Assembly (NCBI RefSeq): GCF_026571515.1
Contig: NW_026865359.1
Span: forward strand, 1-64,000
Length of the DNA stretch: 64,000 nt
DNA from: Ruditapes philippinarum
Lineage: Eukaryota
Direction: 5' to 3'
Of the stretch, positions 14,443-26,468 are shown in pieces. The translations under genes and the position numbers were made by a program. Numbering within the stretch: the stretch's first letter is position 1; each line of letters begins with the position of its first letter. The notes below the pieces were generated by a model. The model saw only the letters and a list, made by a program, of their open reading frames with translations, was not told the DNA's origin and made no database searches.

Positions 14443-14850
14443 GTAACCGCCGTATGAACACATCTGCGGATGTTTCTATATTCAAAATTTCACCATTTTC
14501 TTGTTAAATGTTGAATTTTGCTTAAGCCGGTGCTAGGGGGCGTGGACGGTAACTTGCACTTTCCAGTACCGTCCATGAACAGGCTCAATCAAACCGAGCC
14601 TGCAACATTTTACAATCTTGTCGTGTTGGGCTTTCTTTAGGGATTCTGTATTTCTCTATTTCATTGTCACATCCGTGTTATTTGTGCCGTGTGGTGGCTG
14701 TTAAAAGTCTCCCCGTACATTTAATCAATGATGTTATTTTCGATCCTTGAAGATCGTTCGGCACGACATTATTGTTGTGTATACATGATATGTGGTAATT
14801 TTAGTTTCTTCTATTTGGCCTTTTTCAACTTGGGTGGTTCCAGTATTCCT
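14443..14850 (+). repeat. Dispersed repeat with further copies at about 3185-3385, 40660-40860 and 43510-43790
   Basis: Shared core gtaccgtccatgaacaggctcaatcaaaccgagcctgcaacattt...ctttctttagggattc. Confidence 0.75.
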
Positions 14851-15144
14851 AATTGAATACTGTATAATCAAAAAAGAAATTCATAAGAACAAAATATGTT
14901 GAAATGATTATACAAAAGAAAAACAAAATAGATAACAAAAAAGAGAAAATAAACACAATAAAAAAAAACATCATAAGAATTCCGTTCGGACTTTGTAGTG
15001 TACGACGATAAAGACTTAAGTTATAAACAGTTGTTTACACTTCCAATCCCGGATAATAATGCACACTTACCCTTCAATGCACTACTGTTAAGTCCAAATT
15101 GTCATTTCAGGACAATAAAACCAGGGATGGTTATTCCTTCCTCC

Positions 15145-15249
15145 ATTGACTGATTGATTGATTGATGGATGGATGGATGGATGGATTGACGGACTGACGG
15201 ACGGGCTTGCCGGCTGGCTGGCTGATGATTGATTGATTGATTGATTGAT

Positions 15250-15280
<31 letters not shown>

Positions 15281-15283
15281 TTG
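15145..15283. repeat. Compound tetranucleotide microsatellite (GATT/GATG/GACG/GGCT/ATTT)
   Basis: Directly visible, about 350 bp upstream of the gene A ATG. Confidence 0.9.
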
Positions 15284-15630
15284 ATCTAAAACATCTCAAA
15301 TGAACTATATGATTAACAAGTTTCACATCAGCTTAGAAAACACATTTTGTGAGTTTACATATTAAGGTTGACTGTGATGGGTAATGGGAATTTCTAAATA
15401 ATTGGCAAGAATATTTCATTTATTTTCATTAAAAATTAGGTTTTACCTTGGTTTATTTTCAACCTATTTTGATTTTCTTGATTGCTAATAAGAATTTGAA
15501 TTTAAATAAAATTCCCATGTTTGATTATAAATGCTTTCTGCACAGTATGCAGCGAACTTCATCCATGATTTATTAGAGTTCCTATTTGTTGTTTTAGTTT
15601 TTTGCTGTTGTTTTTTTTTTTCAGCACACA

Positions 15631-16360
15631 ATGACAGACAAATATTATCGACTAGTTACCATTTTGGTAAATATATGTCCTGGCCCTCTACGGGAATTGT
15701 TTCTGAAACAGGCAGCCGGAGACCCTAATCTCAAGACACCATACACTACATTAGATGCTTATTTAGCGTTCAGGAGAAAAGATATCAATAGAGTTACCCA
15801 AAAACCGAAATGTGTTATACGAAAGGATCAATTTGATTTGTTATTTCCATCTGCTGGGCAAGGTCAAACAGATATCGGCGCATGGGATGTGACATTATTA
15901 ACAGCTCTGTTGAAAAACATTTTTAGCTTAGCCCAAAATGATCTTGTGTGTATCGAAAAAATCAGGACAATCAGAAATGAGCTCCAACATATCGCAGGTA
16001 CGTGTAAAATAACAGAACATGATTTTAAGAATATATACACAAACCTTAGTGTGAACATTGTAAACTTAGCATTATCTGTTAAGGGTCAAGTCTATGCAGA
16101 CAAGATTGAACAAGATATTAAAGAGGTAGAAAGTTCTATATTAACAGATCTAGGAGATGTGCTAAGGTCGTGGTACATGAGCAAAATCGTTAAGTTGGAA
16201 ACAAAAATAGAAAACCTTAAGGTAAAGATAGATGAAATAAAACAAGATACAGGCAAAACCATGAAGACACTGAATAAAACCACTGTCAAGCGAACACGAG
16301 CCGGAGGTAAAAGTTTGAAACGCTTCAAAACTGTTGATCATATACTTGAAAAAATGAGAG
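15631..16360 (+). CDS. Gene A coding exon 1: DZIP3/hRUL138-like HEPN domain and coiled coil
   Basis: Acceptor tttttcag at 15624, ATG at 15631, donor AG|GTAAGC at 16361. Sequence QFDLLFP..WDVTLL..RNELQH..ITEHDF, then heptad-like KLETKIENLKVKIDEIKQD. Confidence 0.88.
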
Positions 16361-19300
16361 GTAAGCCTTCATATGAATTTTAAACTTTATGTCAAAAAGT
16401 AACTGCCATTATAATTTGGTGGTCGTTTAAACCATTGAGACAATGTCTGACAGTAAATGTTGATACTCGTTATTAAAGAATTTTATATATAATAAATAAT
16501 ATAATGTTTATATGATTCTTATTATTGATTTACAATGCTTAAACATTTTTCTTGTGTAATCTACATTATATTTTCAAATAGAAAACTTTGCGTCGTTGCT
16601 GAGGAAGAAACTTAACAGTGATTTTACACCTCCACCAGAAACTGCGAGAATCATTAAAGAAATCGAAGATAATCACCTAGTGGTCGTGTCAGGATACGGC
16701 AAAGGTCTATATCTACAAGCGGCACTCTCTGCTATTGATAACCAGGATTATGAAGCGGGAGAAAGCATCCTATGTTCAAGTCCCACTGACTGGCGCCACA
16801 TCGGTAATGAAGATGCCGAGTTAGTTGTATTCCTTCACCCATTTGGCGAAGGTACATTTGATTTACAGAAGGCAAAAGACTTTCGTTCAATTGCGGACAA
16901 TATTGTAGAGACAACTGACTCCAGGGACAATGATGATGTGCTAGATGTTGTCATAATAATGGACCAATCAATTTTAGAAGAATGGAAACGTCATTTTAGA
17001 CATGATATGATGAAACAACCAATCGTTGTCTACAAACCAACCACTGAAGACTCACCTGTGGACCTTATTGAAGGTACATTTATTTAATTACGCTAATTCA
17101 TTTTATTGTTTACAAATATAACCATGTTTTAAAGGCTTCTGTGTCTGATTATTTATTACTATTTATGACAAAATATTTCACTCATTTGTAGTAAGTCAGC
17201 TATTTGTTAGGTGTGTCACTTCCTTTTATAAACATCAAGATCTAGATACTTGACATAATCCTTTAGAATACATGGTCCTAATCCTACCATTTGAAATATA
17301 CGTTCGGTGTAGGATAAGAACGAGCTACTGATTCAATTATATGATACGATATTATTTATTTCGTTTTTTAGTAGAAAGCAGTATGTCACAGGTTGAAGCA
17401 GATCCACACTACAAAAACTTACTTGGTATGTAAAATTCAGAATTTTTATTAGATGAAAAGAAGCAAGCATATATAACTTATTATCATAGCATCAATATTG
17501 TGTTGCACAATTATGGATTTTTCATTTATGTTAGAAATAGTATAGTCAAACACCTATAAGAATAGTTAACTCTGGTACTTAGTCATCTTAGAAGAATGTT
17601 CGTTTTTTCCTTCTTGCAGTTCAATCAATTGCCTACAATAAACATCATAGAGCAAAGATGGCAGATAAACACTTTTTGGAAAACGCATTGGAAGAATTCC
17701 GCTCCAAGAAGGTAATCGTCATTTCCGGTCCACGTGGCAGTGGAAAAACGACGCTTGCTCTCTCCCTACTGTCGTCATATCAAGATGGTCATTATCTCAT
17801 ACTAACAGAACCGGGTGATCTCAGTTGTATTAGATTCGGTGTCACCTGTGTTGTGATCATCGAAGATCTTGGAGGAAAGTACATGTTCGAAATGTCCGTT
17901 ATTCAAAAGTGGTTGCGGAAGTTTGATATGCTCTACTCGGCAGTCAAAGATGGCAAACTAAACGTGATTATCACATGTCTAAAAGACCGGTTGAGTTCAT
18001 GCGTTCACGATTCGAAGCACCCAATGCTGGAAACTGTCATTGAATTACCGAAAGATTGTTTTGTTGAAATCAAGACAGAGTCATCGACAGGTTCGTATGA
18101 AATGTTCCATCTATCAGTATATTTAATCTTAAATTTTCCGAATATTTGTTTCAATATTGAATCTTAAATTTTGGTAATTATTCATTTATTTACGTTTGCT
18201 GGCTTAAGATATATATTTACATATAAATGTATTTAAAAAAGATCTTATTCTTGTTTGCATAAAGGAAAAAATACGATCTCAAATATGTTTTCAGATGGTA
18301 ATTCTGTAGTGTATGCTGGAAAAAGGTTAGTGCTCTTTTGTTCGTTTTTTTCTATTCCAGTTGATACTTAATTGTCAAGTGTTTGTTTTAGGATAAATGT
18401 TATTGTGTAACAAGCAGAATTTTTATAATCATAACTTGTTTTTATTATCTATTGTTATTTTGTGTGGGTAAGTAAAATATGGGACAAATAAGGTTATAAT
18501 TGTCCCAGGTAAAATATATTTTGATTTTACATCGAAACATCAAAAAAAGACATAAGCATACGACTGATGTATGAATATGAATAGACTTTTACTTAAATTT
18601 CTATATGTGTGACATATTCAGTCGGATAAAGCACACTCTTCAGCCGAAAATGGAACAAACAAAAAATTCAACATAAAATGTGCCATATTCGGTTGGATTG
18701 AGTTTTTCTTTGCTCATCAAAACGTTTTTGTCACTTACCCAAAAATATAAAAATGAACATACGATGTGCTTTTTAATTAAATAAGGCCGTTTTCAATAAT
18801 ATTGTTTATTTAAATATGGTGATGCTGCTGCTGATGATGATGATCATGCTGATGATTATCATGAAAATGATGATGATGATGCTGATAAGATGATGATAAT
18901 GGTTATGTAGATATTGTGGCGGATTTATGATTTGTCAGATTGCACAGTGTTTTGATGATCTTTCTCTTTTGTTTCATAGGCAAAATAAAGACACGTTCTC
19001 TGTTTTCACAATATGAAAAGTAACTTATGTACGAGCATCTGAATTTTACTTTTCTATCATTTTCCCTTTCCTTATCGACACGATAAGTAAACCCCCAAAA
19101 AATGAGCCTATCAACAAGCATACTCTTTTTATATTCCCGACAGACAGTGAGTGCGGTAACTGAAGTGCAGGTAAACAACATACAAGTAAACACTGGATGA
19201 CGTTATATGTTAAAATATCCGGCTCCCTGGTAACTGTTTGGTAGAAATATGACAAAGTCACTTTACCGCTGTAAATAGGTCCCGTCGGGTCTTACATTCT

Positions 19301-22300
19301 GGTCTGTTATGGCAGCATGTTTACAAATTTAAAGCCAAAGGTGACCGTAATATTGAATTCGACAAGTTCAATAAATGCAGAATTGAAGCTTTTGAATTTT
19401 AGGGCAAATGAGCTTGATGTAATTGTTTTGACTTTATATCAAGCTGAAACAAGCTGTTCTTTTTCCGCAATACTTTAACTTCCAGCTGATCAATGCCGCA
19501 ATAGTTTTTTTCGACCTTATTAAATTAACCAAATTTAAATAGTCATAGCTCTTTGAATATTATATTTCAATGGTTAATATTCAGCAAATGCGTATAAAGA
19601 AGAATTATTATATATAAGGGTGGCGTTTGAAGGTTATCTCTTCGCCACATATTGCTCTCAACGAATATAGCTCTCCTGAGAGCATTATCAGTTAACATCA
19701 AACTAGAATTGCAGCGAATATAGCTTCCCACAAATCATTTTACTGATTATCGTCATTGTCATCATCATCTTTTCTTCCACTCCTTCTTCACCTTCTTCTA
19801 CTTCTTCTTCTTCTTCTTTTTTATATATTATCATCAGTACACCATTGTTAGAACATCATCTTTGACAGTACAACATCATAATAAACAGGCATCATCATCA
19901 TCATCATCAGAATCGTAGTCGACATCGTCATAATCAATAGAACATCATCATTATCATTATCATCAGAACATCATCATAAGTATTGATATATTATCTATCT
20001 TTATCATCATAAGTACATCATCAACAAAATCATCTGTGAAATCCTCATAAGTACCATCATTACAACACCATCACCGTGAATTCGAAAGGTTTGAAAATAT
20101 TCTTTCTGATATAAGTGGCACCGTTGCCGGGTGGTTACGAGGGTGGTTCAAAAAGTAATAGGACTGCAGTTCTACTGTTCACATTTTTTAATTTACGTGC
20201 ACAATTTTACAAGATAATAATATCGGAACATATCCTCTATCTACAGTGAAAAAATCAATGAAATATGTTTAGAAATAACGAGTCTGTGAAAATTTCAAAA
20301 AACAAGGGGTACGCGACCCGGCGCACGCTAACAGCACAATAGATGACGTTTATGACGTGGTAAAATAAAAACAAAATGTATCAAGCGTCATCCCTTCTGA
20401 AAAGAATTCTCCCTAGTGTTCTAGGAGTCTAAATCATGTAACTTTGACCAGACCTCATAATGTGGAGAATGAAGCGAGAAAGAAAACGATACATTCTTGT
20501 TCACTCTCCGATAAAAAAAAAGCCCGAAAGCCGGCCACTCTCCCGCTTTTTTCTCGTATTCTTGTATCTAATAGTAATCGATATAGATTAAGCAGCCATG
20601 AACTTATGCATGCTAATAAAAAAGCGATTAATATAATTATTTTTACACATATCATCGTACGTTATTAAAACAATATGATTATGTAAGTAAATAAAAATAG
20701 TTATCAAACTGAAAAAGTAATATTTTCCTACTAGGAACAGCATATCATTTTTAAAAGAAAACGGGGAAAAATATTAATAATTACCGTTAATCATTATTAC
20801 ATATTAAATACTGATAAACATATATCTAGTTTAATGAAATAGAATTTTGTTTGAAACAAAACATTTGGGCAGATCTGAATGCAGAAATCAAACATGCCGG
20901 ACAATTTCGTGACTGTTTACCGTCGATCATTTTGTAGCGCTTTTTGCATTTGACGTCACTAACATCCCGTTCAATTTCCCGCTATCATTCTCATCCTTTT
21001 TCCTGGGGTTTGTGATTTCGTATGTGCAGTTTTTGAATTGCTTGCGGAAAGCTGGGAACGAGTATCCTGATAGCCGATTAATTGTACTGTGTTAATTTTA
21101 TGTTTTCATAATGGGGTATCTAAAGGAGTATCGCCAATTTGTTGGCAAGTTAACTGATCGCACACATTTTCAGTTTTTTTTAACGAACGTCAAATTTCTC
21201 ATTTAAACGTTATGACCACTGCTGTTCAAAACTTGATGATTTAGCCATTTCATGTCTGAATGACGTCAAGTTTGGGCATAATGTCAACTTAAATGTAAAT
21301 AATTGTGTTGGTGGGAATAATGGGGAAAAAAAGAAAATAAATTAAATATAATAAAATAGAAGTTCCAAAATAAGCTTCAATAACGTTTTTATGTGCTGCG
21401 CCGGGTTTTGCGTTGTTGACCATGGTTTTAAATTTGATAACAACGGGGAACAAGGCGTAAAAGGCACAAGAATTCAGTATTTTATGGCTTAAATTTGAAG
21501 AAACACGATTAATTCGATCGCTGTTACATATAAAAATATTCTAAATAGAATTGAATATGAAGATGCAAGACTCTTAGTCCTATTACTTTTTGAACAACCC
21601 TCGTACCTCTCTGGTAGCTGTGTTGGTTCAATACCAACAGGGACAAGCCGTTGTAAATTTAAGCTCATTGCTCTATCTATAACCATATAGCTTTTTCACA
21701 TTCGAATTAATAAGGATGTCTCAAATTTAACAAAATGGATAAATAAAATCATTTTTTCATATCTTTCGAGTCTATACAATTCAATATGTACCCTGACTTG
21801 CGATAACAAGCATCTTTTACTTACAATCAATGTATACTTCAACTTGTATCTTTCTTTGTATAACAGAAAGAAGGCTCGTTTAGGCACTATATTTAAAGCA
21901 TCATGCCTCCAGATTCATGCTTATCTTCTTGAATATTTTGAAAATGTATTTAAGGTAAAATATTGTACAGTGAGCAAAACAAAAACAAATTATGATTCAA
22001 ATAAATAACCAAAAAATGCCATAAAATGGCAAAAAGGCCCATTTTCCTCTAGTTCGACTTTCTTGAAATATTTTTGGTCATCTAGAGGCATACAGCTTTA
22101 TCAAGTTACACGAATTTATTACATGTTTATTAATGTTATAGTAAAAAAAAACAAATATAAATATATCCAAAACATGAATGAGATCAACAATTTCCTTCCC
22201 TGTTATTTATATTAAAAAATATAAGAAAATAGACATCGGACTTCATATCATTTACCATAAAAAATAATTATGATGCTGTTGACAGTGATCAAACCAAGCT

Positions 22301-25255
22301 GATTATGATAAGATAATAAAAAAATCCATAATGTGATGATAATAATAGATATAAAATGGTAGTTATGATTATGATGATGAAAGAGATGATAATTATGATC
22401 TTGATGATAATGATAGGAGTTATAATGATCTAATGCTGATGATCAGTGTAATGATTAATGATGATAATGTTGGTATGCAGGTGTGAATGACTCTGCATTA
22501 TTAATATCCTGATTATGATGTTGAAGAAGATAATGATAATATTTTAATGACGATAAAATGGCAGAAATGATGATTACGGAGGCAATGGTAATTATGGTTT
22601 CGATGAAGAGTATGGTTGTGATAACAATTTTGATGACAATGAGCGTGGTACTGATTTTAAAGTGATGAATATTAAGGTTATAATCATTTCGATATTAATA
22701 GGCATCATGATTATTTTATAAGGAAGGGGCATATTATGATGAATGATGATGATAATGACAATATTCATCATGATTTGAATAATGATGGACGTGATGCTGT
22801 TTTTATTGATGATGATGTTGATGACGATGATGGATTAGGTGATGATTTTGATGATGATAATAGTGATGAATATGATGATGACGACAACATTGATTTAACA
22901 AAGTTCATGACGGGGAGCTCTATTGATCAACACAAGCATCATTTTTTTAATGTTATATTGTGAAAAAACTCCTTAGAGCTTTATTCTTAACTGATAAAGC
23001 TCTTGGATGGCGTTACAGTACCACGTTTATCTTGGCGCTATTTGAGTCAAGATCGAAATACCGCGTACGGTGTTAAGTCTTGAATAGAATTCCACTGAAC
23101 GCACATTATAACTGTGCATTATTACGAATTCTAGATTATAAGCGATGAATAATTGCGCTTGGGTTATATCATTTCGGTTCTACCACACATCAACAAAAAC
23201 TTCTGCCCACCTTATATCAAGGTGCGTCTGATTTATTTCAGCGCGTCACATTTTAATGGTTTCGTCACATATCAAAATAGAGATCATCAACGGTAATTTT
23301 ATTGCAAATTTACACGCACTTTTGGTCCTTCTATATCCAAAAGGGAAAAGTGCAGGTGGTGTAAGATATAAAATAGCACACAATACATCGGACTACATAG
23401 AGTCATTGTGCCCCCACCCCCACAGTTAGCGTTTAACATGTTTGTAGACTAAGTGAATTGTGACTTTAATGCTGAGTCCATATGTGTTGTATGCTTTATA
23501 TCTTAAATAGGTAAATTTGATCATGCCAAGTTGTATTAAGGTGTAATGATGTTGTATATTGGGAAGATGAAATAAGTTTAAGAAAAAAGTGTAATAGTAA
23601 GAGGTTGTTATGAAAAACCAAACATTATAAGAAAGTTCTATTTATTATCATGATTATTATCTTCTTATATAACTCGTATTCCTCAGAAAAATCTTGGATA
23701 ATTTTAATTTCAGTGAATTTAAAGGCATTTGAATTAACAATATATTCTGTGATAAATGTATGGTTCAATGTGACCAAAAACTGTCAGTTTATTCATTTCA
23801 GTGTAGAACAATGATCAGTCAAATATCACTGTTTAAAAACTGCAACAATTGTATTCTAAATAAACAACCTATTTACTACTACATTGTCTACACCTTTAAA
23901 AAAAGACTTGATAAAAGTCCTGTACGCAGAACATGTCTGTTTGATTCTATATATATGGTGTTATATTATATACAGCGTTCAAAAATTAATATGAATCCCT
24001 TTCGGTAACGCTTCATTCATTTGGCTAATGAGTAAATACGGTAATTACAAATGTACACGATATAGGGCTCGAATCTAAGATCACTTTCACTTGAATAACA
24101 GATAAACAAACGTACCACTGGAAAACCTCTGCCCTTTATTTAGTATCATTATTCAAGTACATCTACACAAACACATACCTGTATTATATTTTCTTAAAGG
24201 TCTAGAACATACACATTAATATTTTAGGAAGTGATTTTTTTAATATATAAGCACTTTCATGATGATGAAATTCCAGGAGGTAAACATGTTTTGTATAAGC
24301 ATTAGATTTTGACATCATTTGTCAATAATACTGTTTTATTCATGTATTATTATTATATTTCAGTCCGAACACATCATCCTATAACAGAGTAAAGATGATC
24401 CAAACGCATACAATTAAAACTCCTGAAAATGTGGAAATTTACGAGATGGAAGAATGTTGTCAACATCCAGATGGGTCATTTCTCTATTCAGCCAAAATAC
24501 AAGTATCATCAGTTAATGATAATAAAGATGATTCCATCTATACATCTCAGAGATATAAAACTGTTATTATTCATATCAGTTCAGACTTTGAATACCAATG
24601 TTACTACAATACGGATATAAAAGAAGACTGGTATACTACAAAACATATCTGCTGTACTGATACTGGGGATGTGGTGATGTCTGTGAAAAGAGAATTAAGA
24701 TTGTATAGAATATCAAGCGGAAGTCTTCAATTCATCAAATCTATAGATGTGGGGTTTGAGTGCACAAATATTTCCTTCTTCAAGAATAAGATTAACTGTT
24801 TTACTTATGGGGCATCATTAATTTTAGATACAAATCTAAATATAAAGAGAAGAGTAGAACTCATGGAAATTGCTGCCGACAATATTTTACCATGTTCATT
24901 ACAAAAGTACATCAGTACTTGGGATTCTGATTTTGGCAATAATTGTATCATATGTCAGGATCCCAGACTTAAGCAACTTAAATATTTAAGAAATGAAGGA
25001 TTTCTACCTGAGTGTATATGTGCTGCTACTGAGGACAGTGTATTCGTATTTGGAAAACAGGCTGGGGACTTCAAGATTTTACAGGTGAACACTGACTTGA
25101 TGGTGCTCTCAGAAATATGTAAAAACAATGAAGAGATTTTCCAGTTTCAACAAATGTATGAATATAAAATGGTGTTTGACAAAGATAATTCCAGATTAAT
25201 CATATTCTCAACAGCTACCGGGAACGCATTATTTCGTACAATTTACTTAGAGTAA
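15631..25255 (+). CDS. Gene A (spliced, 889 aa): HEPN_DZIP3-like + coiled coil + degenerate nSTAND3-like domain + nSTAND3-like P-loop NTPase + C-terminal beta-propeller-like domain
   Basis: Exons 15631-16360, 16582-17073, 17372-17425, 17620-18090, 18295-18325, 24364-25255. All introns are GT..AG with phases 1,1,1,1,2, giving one open 2670-nt frame. Motifs: WDVTLL...IRTIRNELQH (HEPN), ISGPRGSGKTT (Walker A), VVIIEDLGG (Walker B). Colinear with gene B. An acceptor 6 nt before the ATG implies an unlocated 5' UTR exon. Confidence 0.85.
16582..17073 (+). CDS. Gene A exon 2: degenerate (pseudo) nSTAND3-like NTPase domain
   Basis: Phase 1-1 exon. LVVVSGYGKGLY sits at the Walker A position, SPTDWRHI follows, and LVVFLHPFG sits at the Walker B (hhhhDDxFG) position. 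Confidence 0.82.
17372..17425 (+). CDS. Gene A exon 3: 54-nt linker micro-exon (VESSMSQVEADPHYKNLL)
   Basis: tttttag acceptor (TAGTAG tandem acceptor), G|GTATGT donor, open in phase 1-1. Same size and position as gene B exon 50796-50849. Confidence 0.7.
17620..18090 (+). CDS. Gene A exon 4: nSTAND3-like P-loop NTPase
   Basis: ttcttgcag acceptor, AG|GTTCGT donor. KVIVISGPRGSGKTTLA, VVIIEDLGGKY, NVIITC. Confidence 0.88.
18295..18325 (+). CDS. Gene A exon 5: 31-nt linker micro-exon (DGNSVVYAGK), phase 1 to 2
   Basis: ttttcag acceptor and AG|GTTAGT donor. Supplies exactly the phase shift needed to join the NTPase exon to the terminal exon at 24364. Confidence 0.65.
20138..21603. mobile_element. 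Tc1/mariner-type non-autonomous element in gene A last intron
   Basis: 28-bp TIR CGAGGGT(G/T)GTTCAAAAAGTAATAGGACT, TA on both sides (20136-20137, 21604-21605), no transposase ORF. Confidence 0.88.
22270..22890. repeat. Degenerate (GAT)n tract; others at 18820-18900, 19740-20075 (CAT) and the duplicate at 61895-62570
   Basis: Directly visible trinucleotide low-complexity sequence. Confidence 0.85.
24364..25255 (+). CDS. Gene A terminal exon: beta-propeller-like (NHL/six-bladed-like) domain
   Basis: tatttcag acceptor in phase 2. About 296 codons of repeated beta-strand/turn pattern (HICCTDTGDVVM, PECICAATEDSVFVFG, MVFDKDNSRLIIF). AATAAA at 25392. Confidence 0.75.
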
Positions 25256-25853
25256 ACGGATAATATGTAATTGTAACATGTATATTTCTGTTCCCAAACA
25301 TAGACAGTCTATGCAGTTTCACTGTACTCACCTGCTTCATTCATATTCATTAACAAAAAGATGATATTAATTTCCTCAAATTTTATAGATTAATAAAATG
25401 TCTCCGTTTTCAAACACGCTATAGGAAAAACTGTTAAATAAAAAATATTTTATGATTTCTTTTCAAATTAATAGAACGTCAGTTTAACTCGACAAGCCAA
25501 TTGTGTGTAAAACTGGATTAAGCATATTATAGGCTGTCAAACCAAATTGATACATTTTATGTTTAATTAGATATAATAATAAACACTTCTAGCTTATGTT
25601 AACCCTTGAGTCAGTGTCTCTGTGCACGTTTTCACTTTGTTTATTTTTAAAGAGCATGCAATTATAAAAATATTAACTTATTTTTTTTAATTACTTTTTG
25701 TTTGTTTTAGATAAATATATATGGTTAACATAAGTTATAATCCAGAAACATATATTTTCTTCTAGTTCCTTAATAATATGGTTGTAATTTGTGTCAGTTG
25801 TCGTTACAGACAGGTCAGTCATAAATGATCATATTATACCTGAATGTTTGTAT

Positions 25854-26180
25854 TTAAGGAACTCCACTTAGGTCTAAAACATCAGACTTTAATTTCTTAC
25901 ATTGGTCAAAAGAGATATGTAAAAGAAATTCAGAAAATATACTCTGAAATTAATTGAAAATTATAGCTCGATTTGAGTGAAAGACGTTGCAGTATTGATG
26001 TATACATTGATGTATACGGTCATTTTTTCATAATATTCAATTAGAATAATTATCCTAGAAAATGATCTGAAGTTAACACATTCAAAATTTATTGATCTAC
26101 ACATAGCAAATGGAATATTAATCTCTAAAGATTATTTCTAGTCCCGTTATGTCAAAAAAGCCTCAGTGAAGTCCCTTTAA
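25854..26180. mobile_element. Short TTAA-flanked MITE (Kolobok/piggyBac-like ends)
   Basis: ttaaggaactccacttagg ... cctcagtgaagtccctttaa form imperfect terminal inverted repeats. Confidence 0.45.
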
Positions 26181-26468
26181 TGCAGACAATTTTTATATTG
26201 TTCATATTCTATGTATACATGTCAATTTGGATTTTCATAATTTCATATTTAGCTTATATTTCATGTTCCATATTGTATATTACTTAGTAATTGATAATAT
26301 TACTTGTCGTAATAAATGAAATTAAGTCTACCTGTTCACGATGTTATGCCTCATATGTACTTGCACAATCTTTTAAGGAATTTTTCAAGTAATTATGTTT
26401 ACAAATATAATACTAGAAAACTTGCTTAATGAATTCTTTGAAAGTATGTTTTTTACATACCGTAATTC

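Noticed and set aside
14443-14850. Sequence shared upstream of gene A and gene B (43510-43790) as a conserved regulatory element
   Set aside because: At least four copies occur in the window, and its nucleotide similarity is far higher than the A/B protein divergence would allow for ancestral non-coding DNA. A dispersed repeat is more likely.
15631-18167. Reading the HEPN, pseudo-NTPase and NTPase ORFs as a bacterial-style operon or contaminant
   Set aside because: The ORFs are bounded by canonical GT-AG sites with matching phases, intron positions are shared between paralogs, and the flanks contain animal transposons.
22736-22963. Asp-rich ORFs (also 62451-62732) resembling acidic shell-matrix proteins
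   Set aside because: They are translations of a degenerate (GAT)n tract inside an intron, with no signal peptide, and the two copies differ in frame and ends.
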